Of a DNA stretch of 64,000 nt, positions 19,080 through 27,096 are shown piece by piece. Under the pieces are notes generated by a model, which had not been told where the DNA came from, made no database searches, and was given only the letters and a program-made list of their open reading frames with translations. The stretch covers positions 29,803-93,802 of the forward strand of contig CAZAJM010000001.1 of the NCBI GenBank assembly GCA_964485625.1, given 5' to 3'. The first letter of the stretch is position 1. Each line of letters starts with the position of its first letter. Made by a program: the position numbers and the translations under genes. The stretch comes from an uncultured Candidatus Saccharibacteria bacterium. GTDB taxonomy: Bacteria; Patescibacteriota; UBA1384; JAGGWG01; CAZAJM01.

Positions 19080-19871
19080 ATGATAAAAAGAACTAGCCTA
19101 ATACTATTATTAATCTCTCTAATATTTTTAACAGGGTGTAATCTACCTTTCTCTACGGCTTCTAGAGTAAGTAGTTACACCAGTAAAGTTGAAGAGATTT
19201 TTAAAGAAAGCCAATCTAGACTTGATCAAGTTGGAGAAAATCTAACTATAAAAGAATTTAATCAAGAGAAACTTCAGGAAGATGTTAGTAGCTTAGAAGA
19301 AGCAATCAGCCAGGAACAAGCTAGCTATAACCAAATAAAGAATCTCAATCCTCCCCAGCCGGCTAAAGAGCTAGAGTCAAAGCTAGATCAATACTACAAA
19401 GAAGAACTAGAAGCCCTTAATGACTCTAAAGACCTCTATAGCTACCTACTTTCAACTGAAGAGTATTGGAACCAAGATCCAGCCTATATTTCCAAGTTAG
19501 AAAACCTAAACTATAGCAGTTTGGACCAACTAGCGACTAAACTAGAAAATCTAGCTGAACAGGCCAGAGACGATTTAAGAGAACTAAGAAATATTGAAGC
19601 CAATAAGACTACCCAGGGTTATCATGAGCAATTAATTAAGATATATAAGGGCACTAGTGATTTTTTCAGTGATCTAGTCCAGGCAGTAGAAGACGAGGAT
19701 GTTTCTCAAATTGAATCGGCTGCTGATAGGTTAGAAGAAGTAGCCACCTCGGCCTCTAATGCTTTTAGTGATTTAAAGTTATCCGAGCAATTTAGCAACT
19801 ACTCAGAAGAATTAAATAGCTTAAGCAACCAGATCAATAGTGAGATAGATAGATTAAAGAAAGAGTACTAA
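19080..19871 (+). CDS. Putative lipoprotein with a coiled-coil region
   Basis: Signal peptide with an LTGC lipobox (LIFLTGCNLP). E/L/K-rich heptad-like sequence. Confidence 0.5.
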   Translation: MIKRTSLILLLISLIFLTGCNLPFSTASRVSSYTSKVEEIFKESQSRLDQVGENLTIKEFNQEKLQEDVSSLEEAISQEQASYNQIKNLNPPQPAKELESKLDQYYKEELEALNDSKDLYSYLLSTEEYWNQDPAYISKLENLNYSSLDQLATKLENLAEQARDDLRELRNIEANKTTQGYHEQLIKIYKGTSDFFSDLVQAVEDEDVSQIESAADRLEEVATSASNAFSDLKLSEQFSNYSEELNSLSNQINSEIDRLKKEY

Positions 19872-19917
19872 AAAAGAGAAAAAAAGAGCGGCAGATAAGA
19901 ATAAAAATAGATTAATC

Positions 19918-20442
19918 TTAAGCTGTCGCTTTTTGATTGAAACCGGTTCCATCGCAAAAGGGGCATTTTCTTGCTGTCATATCTTCGTTAATCCCAAATA
20001 TTTTAGTTCCTCCACAGATGGGGCAGACTTGATCGAAAGCTAGTTTTCTACCACTTTCCATAGCAATCCAACCAGAACCACAGCAAGTCCGACAACTATA
20101 GTCAGGCTCTTCCCGACCACAATCGGGGCAATCCACAATTTCTGCGTAATAGATAATCTTAAGGCAGTCTCTGTTGAAGCCTAGATATTTAGCTTCAGAA
20201 AACATATGGTCATTTTTAAACCAGTTTGCAGCTTTAATTGACCTTGTCTCTAATATAGCTAAAGCAACCTTTTTGGGTACATTAATTGTCATGCCAGGAA
20301 GTAGAATCGTTTTTTTCTCCAGATCAAACATTACAATGAAATCGCTAATTACATCAGGAATTTCTAAGCCAATCCACTGCCTTTTAATATCAACTGGCGC
20401 ACGACCATCAGGAATAGATTCTATTACAATCGACCTGCTCAT
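19918..20442 (-). CDS. Hypothetical protein with a C-terminal DnaJ-type CxxCxGxG zinc-finger cluster
   Basis: C-terminal motifs CPDCG, CRTCCGSGW, CPICGGTK, CPFCDGTGF. N-terminal domain unknown. Confidence 0.5.
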   Translation of the reverse strand: MSRSIVIESIPDGRAPVDIKRQWIGLEIPDVISDFIVMFDLEKKTILLPGMTINVPKKVALAILETRSIKAANWFKNDHMFSEAKYLGFNRDCLKIIYYAEIVDCPDCGREEPDYSCRTCCGSGWIAMESGRKLAFDQVCPICGGTKIFGINEDMTARKCPFCDGTGFNQKATA

Positions 20443-20534
20443 TGCTTGACCTCCTCTTCAAGCTGCACTTAGCTCTAATTTTTAGTTTAAATTAAAAAAA
20501 CCTTTTGTCAAAGATGCAAAAATTATAGAAAAAT

Positions 20535-20759
20535 CTAATCGCAAGCTACTCCATTAGAGTCTGTATCGAGATCATGGATATCTAAGCCGGTTGATTGTGT
20601 GCAGTAATCTAATATCTCTTGAGCTTTCTCTTGATTAAGCTCATCACAATCATATATATCACTAGTGCAATCGTATCTGATTGGTAAACAACCAAACATA
20701 ATTAAGCCAATTAGAATAACACCAGTTATTATCCCACTAATTGTATACCTATTGTTCAT
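20535..20759 (-). CDS. Small secreted Excalibur (extracellular Ca-binding) domain protein
   Basis: Signal/TM N-terminus. The C-terminus DLDTDSNGVACD fits the Excalibur DxDxDGxxCE motif. 74 aa. Confidence 0.55.
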   Translation of the reverse strand: MNNRYTISGIITGVILIGLIMFGCLPIRYDCTSDIYDCDELNQEKAQEILDYCTQSTGLDIHDLDTDSNGVACD

Positions 20760-20822
20760 CCTAAATACATTTTAGCATATTTGCTTAAGTATATGTTTGA
20801 CCAGTCCCATCTTGACTCATAT

Positions 20823-20930
20823 TTGTTCAAATCCATCCAGATTAAACACAGTAAAAAAGTATACTCCACAAGGGAGTAATTTTTCTACGGACTCTACCGT
20901 ATAAACTTCTAACTTTGGTGTTTGGGATTT
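20823..20930. repeat. 3'-flanking module copy 1 (~110 nt), paralogous to 22204-22313. Contains the conserved box GGACTCTACCGTATAAACTT(C/T)TAACTTT(G/A)GTGTTTGGG and a hairpin terminator.
   Basis: Compared by eye: ttgttcaaat(c/t)c...cagat(t/c)aaacac...ggactctaccgtataaactt...gtgtttggg(a/g)ttt is shared between the regions downstream of the minus-strand genes at 20970 and 22379. Confidence 0.7.
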
Positions 20931-20969
20931 GAGTAAAGAAAAAAATCGCTATAAACTTAAAATCATAAT

Positions 20970-21563
20970 TTATTCTTTGGGATATAACGATTTGAACACT
21001 ATTACGTCTCTAGTGTAACAGTGGTGGCAACCTGCCTGTATTTTTCCCTCTATCATTTCTGCTACTAAACGAAGTTCTCTAACCGCTCTTTCAATTTCAT
21101 AGTCAAACAAGGCGATGGAAATATTTGGGTCTCCATCATGCATGGTCCCGGGAGTCGGAATATTCAGGAAATAATCATACCTAATAAACTGCCTCTGTGC
21201 AGCAAATTCTCCGCCATACCTGTCGATTAGCCAACTGCCATAATGTTCTTTATTCCATCTGATTATGTCTTCATCTGATACTTCCATAAATAGTTCTGGA
21301 CAAAAAGCAATAGCGAGTTCTTCAGGCGTCATTTCGACTACTCCATTTACTTGAGAAATTGGAGAGTGTTGGATATCCCAATCAACAATGTATCCGGGGT
21401 GATGAGTGGGCTGGTCATCTCTAGAATGCTGAATCCTCAACCTTGCAGCGTTAGAAGCTATATTTATTGAACCAACGTCTGAGCTTTTAACCATTAATTT
21501 ATCCCCGTGATTGTGGAACCAGTCAGGTCCTAAACCAGACATTATCGGCTTTTTAAGATACAT
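20970..21563 (-). CDS. Hypothetical protein (orphan X1) in the tRNA-Asp-adjacent islet
   Basis: 197-aa ORF with its own promoter/RBS (GGTGAGGTGAAAAG-ATG). His/Cys-containing (HHPGY, CHHC). No recognisable family. Confidence 0.5.
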   Translation of the reverse strand: MYLKKPIMSGLGPDWFHNHGDKLMVKSSDVGSINIASNAARLRIQHSRDDQPTHHPGYIVDWDIQHSPISQVNGVVEMTPEELAIAFCPELFMEVSDEDIIRWNKEHYGSWLIDRYGGEFAAQRQFIRYDYFLNIPTPGTMHDGDPNISIALFDYEIERAVRELRLVAEMIEGKIQAGCHHCYTRDVIVFKSLYPKE

Positions 21564-21604
21564 CTTTTCACCTCACAAGGTGCAAGAGTGTTCACTCATT
21601 AAAT

Positions 21605-21658
21605 ATATTAAACTAACCTTTAGTTTTAATCAAATAAAAAACCACCTTTTCGGGTGGC
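21605..21658 (-). promoter_or_regulatory. Terminator-promoter module upstream of X1: minus-strand hairpin GCCACCCGAAAAGGTGG+T-run, then TTGATT-N17-TAATAT
   Basis: Read on the minus strand. -35 is at 21633-21628, -10 at 21610-21605, and the hairpin at 21658-21636. A paralogous module sits upstream of X2. Confidence 0.55.
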
Positions 21659-22063
21659 AATGTTCAAAGTAGAATTCAGGCTAATTAATTACTCTAAATA
21701 GTTTTTAAGAAGCTTAGTTATTGTTCTCCTACCCCATCCGCTCTTGAGGTATTTTTCTCTACTCTTGGCATCTTTCTTATTTAAAAAGACCTCGTAATAG
21801 ATTAATTTAAGAGGTCTTTTATGTTTGGTTTAGTTTGAATTTCCTTTTCTATGGCTCTCTATCCTCTTTTTAAGTTTAGTCGAGTAGCCAATATATAAGC
21901 TATTGTCTTTCTTGCTTTGTAATATATAGACGTAATACATATTTAAACACGTTCGCGTAATAAATCTTAGATTTACACGCGACACGCCACGTTTAATTTT
22001 TTATTGTCTAAAAATTATTACGTGGCGGGGCTTGCCGGAATTTCACTGTCCCCATAGGGCTTC

Positions 22064-22105
22064 CCCGCCTGCCATCGCCTGCGGCTTAGCCAATGGCGGG
22101 CACGG
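22064..22105. repeat. GC-rich miniature repeat, copy A (CCCCGCCTGCCATCGCCTGCGGCTTAGCCAATGGCGGGCACGG)
   Basis: Member of the CCTGCCCGCC...GGCAGGCGGG family seen at five sites. Sits in an otherwise AT-rich intergenic region. A perfect GC palindrome CTCCCGCCGTGGCGGGAG lies at about 22163-22182. Confidence 0.6.
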
Positions 22106-22203
22106 CGCCCTCTGGCCTTCTCTTTTTGATAATATCAAAAAATAGATAGGTCACCCTCCCGCCGTGGCGGGAGAAAACATTGTGTTTTCCCGACCCCTTT
22201 CCT

Positions 22204-22313
22204 TGTTCAAATTCGCCCAGATCAAACACTGCCAAAATAAAACCGCCCTTAAAAGGGCGAACTTATTCTGGCGGACTCTACCGTATAAACTTTTAACTTT
22301 AGTGTTTGGGGTT
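22204..22313. repeat. 3'-flanking module copy 2 (paralogue of 20823-20930), including a minus-strand intrinsic terminator (hairpin 22244-22259 plus T-run)
   Basis: Same conserved box ggactctaccgtataaactt and flanks as copy 1. Hairpin CGCCC-TTAAAA-GGGCG flanked by an A/T run. Confidence 0.7.
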
Positions 22314-22378
22314 TAATAAAAAAGACCAGAAAAGACTCGGGAGAGGCCTAACTGGCCTTTAAGTTCTGGAGACTAGTG

Positions 22379-22939
22379 TTAGGAGGATTGCAGGCATTTT
22401 TTCTGAACATTATCAAAAAGGATAAACTGAAAGCCTTCAATTTCCCTAACGGGGAGAATGCTTTTAGACCGAAGTTGACTGATATGCTCCATATGTTCGG
22501 CGATGGGGCAGGACAGAGGGGAGCTATATCCTTCTAAAATACACATTCCATACTCACCACTGCCATCTTGGGTCTCGTTACCACAGATATATTCTTGTCT
22601 GCTGCTCTGGCTGAGTCTTTCACATTCTGGAAGTTCAATTATGGTATTTGAGTCATCTATCCGTAGTGCTTTGCTTTCAGGTAATTCTCCCCCTGTGTTT
22701 GCTCCGTCCCATTCGCTTTGGAAAGTACTAATAACATCTTCAGGCCTGTTTGCTTCGACTATACAGTGAGTTCTTTTTCTAGCAATCAGTGCCCTTCTGA
22801 TATTACTTGGGTCTAGCTCCTCTTTGTTGTCATATTTCACGAACAAGCCTACATTGTCTACAGCTATAATGATTTCATGAAAGCCATTAGTCCCAACTCT
22901 TGCAGATCTTTTCCATAAAGGCACTTGATAGAGTGGCAT
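22379..22939 (-). CDS. Hypothetical protein (orphan X2) in the tRNA-Asp-adjacent islet
   Basis: 186-aa ORF with an AGGAGG RBS and a strong upstream promoter. Cys-rich C-terminal half. No recognisable family. Not similar to X1 despite shared flanks. Confidence 0.5.
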   Translation of the reverse strand: MPLYQVPLWKRSARVGTNGFHEIIIAVDNVGLFVKYDNKEELDPSNIRRALIARKRTHCIVEANRPEDVISTFQSEWDGANTGGELPESKALRIDDSNTIIELPECERLSQSSRQEYICGNETQDGSGEYGMCILEGYSSPLSCPIAEHMEHISQLRSKSILPVREIEGFQFILFDNVQKKCLQSS

Positions 22940-22979
22940 GAGATATCTCCTCCTAATTTTGTGGTAGGTGCGTGAATTG

Positions 22980-23034
22980 ATGATAAATTAAACTTTAATT
23001 ATTTTCAACCTAAAAACCACCTTTTCAGGTGGCT
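22980..23034 (-). promoter_or_regulatory. Terminator-promoter module upstream of X2: minus-strand hairpin GCCACCTGAAAAGGTGG+T-run, then TTGAAA-N17-TATCAT
   Basis: -35 at 23008-23003, -10 at 22985-22980, hairpin at 23034-23013. Paralogous to the module at 21605-21658. Confidence 0.6.
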
Positions 23035-23056
23035 AGGGTAGAGTATAACTAAACTT

Positions 23057-23130
23057 CGGGGCTGACCGGATTTGAACCGGCGGTCTCCTGCGTGACAGGC
23101 AGGCGCTTTAAACCACTAAGCTACAGCCCC
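23057..23130 (-). tRNA. tRNA-Asp (anticodon GTC)
   Basis: Minus-strand sequence GGGGCTGTAGCTTAGTGGTTTAAAGCGCCTGCCTGTCACGCAGGAGACCGCCGGTTCAAATCCGGTCAGCCCCG folds as a cloverleaf. Anticodon loop is CTGTCAC. No encoded CCA. Confidence 0.85.
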
Positions 23131-23156
23131 AAAAATAAATTGTTAAAATTGATAAA

Positions 23157-23325
23157 CCCCATGTTCTCCAAGCCTCTTTAAGGATCTGAACCGGCTTGGT
23201 CTGTCCGGTGGACACCGGACCGCTTTAAACCACCCCGCCTGCCAAAGACTAAAGCTGGTGACCTGCCCGCTAGTGCCTGAGCACAGCAATGGCAGGCGGG
23301 TGGCGGGCAGGTAAGCTACAGCCCC
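23157..23325 (-). pseudogene. Degenerate tRNA-Asp-like copy interrupted in the D-loop by a 78-nt GC-rich repeat element (23234-23311)
   Basis: The minus strand begins GGGGCTGTAGCTTA (identical to the tRNA-Asp 5' end), then the 78-nt insert, then GTGGTTTAAAGCG (identical D-loop). It then diverges into a degenerate anticodon/T-arm (anticodon loop TGTCCAC lacks U33), and the acceptor 3' strand is not complementary. Confidence 0.55.
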
Positions 23326-23385
23326 ATACAATCAGATATAAGAAAAAGATACCACAGAATATCTCTTTTTTCAACCTCTAATAAT

Positions 23386-25299
23386 CTAATAGTTCTTTTT
23401 GAGGAGCTTATCAAGTTCAATTTCTGCAACACCAATTACCTTATCTGCTCCTCCGTAATATATTAATACCTTATCGTCTTTAAGTATTTTGCCACAAGGG
23501 AATACAACATTATTTACAAACCCTTCTTTTTCCCAATTTTCCGTTGGCTCGAGTATGGGATATTTACTTCTGTAGATTACTTCCTCTGGTCTTTCTAGGT
23601 CTAAGAGTAAGGTTCCCACCCTATACTGACCATCTTTACTACTAACACCATGATAGAGTACTAGCCAGCCTTTTTTGGTTTTTAGTGGGGTAGTGTTGAT
23701 GCCAATCTTCTTATCATCCCACATGCCTGCTCTAGGACCAATCATACCTTCTTTCTCTAACCACTCATTATCTTCAAATATTAGGTCGTCTAAGTAGTCT
23801 ATAGCGACCTCTCTACCTCCCACCCGGTGGAAGAGCAAGTATCTACCATTAATTTTTTCCGGGAAGAGACAGGCATCTTTATCGTCTGTGTTAGGGGGAG
23901 AGACTATTTTTGGCTCTGACCAGTTCCAATTCTTGCTATAGAAATCTTTTGTTTTAATATAGCTCATCGCTACTCTGGGTGGATTGACTCCATCAAAGGC
24001 AGTGTAGAGGAGGTAATATCTATCTCCAATTTTAGTAATTCTGGGATCTTCACAGCCTGAGAAGCAGTTTGGTTTTTTCTTCTTCTCAAAATCGGCTCTT
24101 GGAGTGTAGATTGGCTGATCGTATCTTTTAAAATTGTAACCGTCATTGCTAGTTGCCAGGCCAATAGTTGAGGTGTTGTTCTTTGAGAATGCCCGATAGA
24201 GCATATAGGTGGTGCCTTCATGTTCAACTGCGGCTGGGTTAAAGACTGCTTCAGCCTCCCAGTCATTTGTCTCTAATGGTTTTAGGATTGGGTTATGTTG
24301 GTACTTTTTTACCTTGAGTGCTTTTTTGACCTGGTTGTTTTTCATCTCTCGGAGTAGCTTCTCCACCCTTATACTCGCCCTAGCACAGTGGGTATCGGCA
24401 GCGCCATAGTAGATATCTATTGAACTATTGTTCTTGATTGCTCCACTTGGGAAGACGACATTTTTAATTACCCCCTCTCTTTCGTAGGGTTCTTCTGGCA
24501 GTAGGAGAGGATTGTCTGTTCGGGAGATTATCTTTTTAGGATTATTTTTATCTAATAAGACCGCTTCTATGCCAAATATTCGATCGTCGTGGTAGTAGTT
24601 TTTAATATGAGAGTAGATTAGTAGCCAGCCTTGTTCTAGCTCAATTGGCCTGGCTCCAATCTCTGTTTGATCGCTATTTAATCTTTTTAGATTGAGGGTC
24701 TTTTTATCTAAATTTTGATACCACTTCTGCCAAAGATCTTGATCCCACATCTCCTCAATTGTTTCAAAGCTTCTTAAGGCAGTTTTTGACGGAGGTAAGT
24801 CTGTGTTGGCTGAGAGGATAGATAAATATTTGCCATTCACTTTTTCTGGGAATAGCGTCATCGCCTTGGCGTTGAAGGGAGTTACTAGATGTTTCTCCTC
24901 AACTGTTTTTAGGTCTTTTGAGATTGCTAGACCAACTTTGATGCTATCTGGCCTGGGTGGCCAGGCAGAGAGAGCGGTATAGAAAATATAGTATTTGCTA
25001 TCTATTTTAGTGACTCTAGGGTCTTCACAGCCAAATAGGTCCCAGTTGGTGCTGGGAGCAATTAGTTGCATTGGAGTACTAAATTTTTTGCCGTCTTTGC
25101 TTCTGGTTATGCCAATAGTGGAGAGAGATAATTTCTGACCCTGAACCTCTATCTCATTTGAAAGAGCTCTAAAAAGAAGAACTGTTTTGTCATCTTTTTC
25201 TATAGCGCTAGGATTAAAAGTAGCTTGGGCCTGCCAAGCATCTTCTGGGTTAGGTGAGATTAGCGGATTGTTTTTACTTTTTTTTGCTAGGTTTGTCAT
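23386..25299 (-). CDS. Tandem two-domain GH130-like glycoside phosphorylase (beta-mannoside-phosphorylase family 5-bladed beta-propeller)
   Basis: Two copies of the GH130 core (FNPSAIEKDDKTVLLFRA...GITRSKDG and FNPAAVEHEGTTYMLYRA...GLATSNDG, each followed by CEDPR). 637 aa. Confidence 0.75.
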   Translation of the reverse strand: MTNLAKKSKNNPLISPNPEDAWQAQATFNPSAIEKDDKTVLLFRALSNEIEVQGQKLSLSTIGITRSKDGKKFSTPMQLIAPSTNWDLFGCEDPRVTKIDSKYYIFYTALSAWPPRPDSIKVGLAISKDLKTVEEKHLVTPFNAKAMTLFPEKVNGKYLSILSANTDLPPSKTALRSFETIEEMWDQDLWQKWYQNLDKKTLNLKRLNSDQTEIGARPIELEQGWLLIYSHIKNYYHDDRIFGIEAVLLDKNNPKKIISRTDNPLLLPEEPYEREGVIKNVVFPSGAIKNNSSIDIYYGAADTHCARASIRVEKLLREMKNNQVKKALKVKKYQHNPILKPLETNDWEAEAVFNPAAVEHEGTTYMLYRAFSKNNTSTIGLATSNDGYNFKRYDQPIYTPRADFEKKKKPNCFSGCEDPRITKIGDRYYLLYTAFDGVNPPRVAMSYIKTKDFYSKNWNWSEPKIVSPPNTDDKDACLFPEKINGRYLLFHRVGGREVAIDYLDDLIFEDNEWLEKEGMIGPRAGMWDDKKIGINTTPLKTKKGWLVLYHGVSSKDGQYRVGTLLLDLERPEEVIYRSKYPILEPTENWEKEGFVNNVVFPCGKILKDDKVLIYYGGADKVIGVAEIELDKLLKKNY

Positions 25300-26926
25300 C
25301 TTTTTTTATCTTGGCCGGCTCAATTTCCGGTTTACCGGTACTTTTTAGTTGACCTAAAAATTTATCTAAATTAGAGGTTGCTACACAGACATGAGAGTCT
25401 GCCCCACCATAGTAGACAAAGAGGGTATTATCAATTATGACCGCTCCGCAAGGATAGACTACTCCCGCCTTGAAGCCCTCGTTATCATACCACATATCTG
25501 GTTCAATTATGGGTGATTTTGAGCGGTAGAGTACCTTGGTAGGGTCCTCTAGATCGAGTAGCATAGCTCCAACTAAATACTTGCCACTATCTTTATCATC
25601 TACTGCTTGGTAAATTAGCAGCCAGCCCTCATCTGTTTTAAGGGGTGGAGCTCCGGCACCGATCTTACGGCTATCCCAGTACATATTCGATCTTGGTTGG
25701 ATCTTGTGCTCACCTTTAAGATACTGACCTCTTTTGAAATTAAGGCTATCGACAAAGTCTATCAGTATGTTTGGGAATATTCGATGGAAGATTACATATT
25801 TACCTCTAACCTTTTCCGGTAAGATGCAGGCGCTCTTGTCGACTACGCCTGGTGGGGAGATTAATATTGGTTTCTCCCAGAGCCAACGATGGCTTAGGAA
25901 GTCTTCTAAGCTAATTGAGGTTAGGGCTATCCTAGGTTCGCTATACCCGTCGAAGTGAACATAGGTCATATATACTCGGCCATCGATTATGGTTGCTCTA
26001 GGGTCTTCACAGCCTCCAAAGCCACCGCCTGAGACAAAGTCATAATTTATGTCTCTGTTGTGTTTATTAATATCTAGGCTCGCTCTAAAAGCTGGTTGAT
26101 CTAGGCGCTTATCTATATTAACTCCATCTTTGGAGCTGGCATAACCAACGGAGGAGATGTAATCATAGCCTTGGGCCCGGTAGAGAATATGGACCTCTCC
26201 TTGGGCATGGACGGCGGCAGGGTTGAAGGTGGTAAAGTTCTCCCACTCGTTCTCTTGCTTGGGAGTGATAAGAGGATTATTATCATGTTTGTCTATCTTC
26301 AATTCTTCTGCTTCTTTGGTAGCTAGGCCAATCTTAAAGCCCGGATAGATAGCAGCATAGATACCGCTTGTCTCTGAGTGCCAGTAGGAGATATATTGGC
26401 CTTGGTGGAAGATGGTGTTAATAAAGGTGTGTCTGTCTTTGCGCCAGGATTCCGGACTCTGCCAGATAGGATGTGAGTGTCGCCAGATAGGATTATCTTC
26501 GTTATCAAAAAGGAGAGCACCGATCTGGTAGTCTCCTTCATCGTTTTGGTAATGGTAGAAGAGCAGGTGACCGTGACTAGTCTGGAAAACGTTTTGAATA
26601 GAGATTTTATCTTGGTCGATATTCTCCGCTCCGGCAGCAATTTTTTCTTTGTATAGGTTTTTTAACTCTTCTCTTCTTTTAAAAATTCTCCTGGCTTTCT
26701 CTTCGACTGGCCGGTACTGACAGATCTCAAAATTAAAACCTTTCTTTGACTGGGCTAATGTGGTCTGGCCTCCCTCGTCTTTAAATGCTAAATATACTTT
26801 TTGATCTTCTTTAAAAACTGAAACATTTTGTTCAGGCAAACTTTCTGGCTCAGCCGACGATCTCTTGGCTGGTCTTTTTTTCTCCTTTTTTGGTTTCTTA
26901 CTTTTATTTATCCACTGCCAGAACAT
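25274..26926 (-). CDS. GH130-like glycoside phosphorylase with a K-rich N-terminal extension
   Basis: FNPAAVHAQGEVHILYRA...GYASSKDG...GGCEDPR core in the C-terminal half. Basic N-terminus. 3' end overlaps the downstream paralogue. Confidence 0.75.
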   Translation of the reverse strand: MFWQWINKSKKPKKEKKRPAKRSSAEPESLPEQNVSVFKEDQKVYLAFKDEGGQTTLAQSKKGFNFEICQYRPVEEKARRIFKRREELKNLYKEKIAAGAENIDQDKISIQNVFQTSHGHLLFYHYQNDEGDYQIGALLFDNEDNPIWRHSHPIWQSPESWRKDRHTFINTIFHQGQYISYWHSETSGIYAAIYPGFKIGLATKEAEELKIDKHDNNPLITPKQENEWENFTTFNPAAVHAQGEVHILYRAQGYDYISSVGYASSKDGVNIDKRLDQPAFRASLDINKHNRDINYDFVSGGGFGGCEDPRATIIDGRVYMTYVHFDGYSEPRIALTSISLEDFLSHRWLWEKPILISPPGVVDKSACILPEKVRGKYVIFHRIFPNILIDFVDSLNFKRGQYLKGEHKIQPRSNMYWDSRKIGAGAPPLKTDEGWLLIYQAVDDKDSGKYLVGAMLLDLEDPTKVLYRSKSPIIEPDMWYDNEGFKAGVVYPCGAVIIDNTLFVYYGGADSHVCVATSNLDKFLGQLKSTGKPEIEPAKIKKDDKPSKKK

Positions 26927-27096
26927 AATACTTCCTTAATAAAACTATTATTACCATTTTAACATATCGGCTAAACTAAGGGCAAATATTATTAGCTAAA
27001 ATTATATATATTTGACCATCTAATCTGGCTTTTTTAGGTATTTTCTGATAGTTTGATAGAGTAATAGCTTCTTATTTACTAAATACTTTTAAAGCA

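Noticed and set aside
20888-22315. The 42-bp direct repeats GGACTCTACCGTATAAACTT... as att sites of a 1.4-kb integrated element
   Set aside because: The similarity extends to about 110 nt and is paired with a second duplicated module (terminator-promoter) at the opposite end of each gene. It therefore looks like duplicated gene-flanking UTR cassettes rather than recombination junctions. No integrase lies between them.
23234-23311. Possibility that the 78-nt insert in the tRNA-Asp-like copy is a tRNA intron (archaeal-type D-loop intron)
   Set aside because: The downstream tRNA body is degenerate (no U33, non-complementary acceptor, aberrant T-arm). The insert belongs to a repeat family found at four other non-tRNA sites, so a pseudogene hit by a mobile repeat is more parsimonious.
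23143-23331. 62-aa minus-strand ORF
   Set aside because: Exactly overlies the degenerate tRNA-Asp copy and its GC-rich insert; the open frame is a by-product of GC-rich structured DNA.
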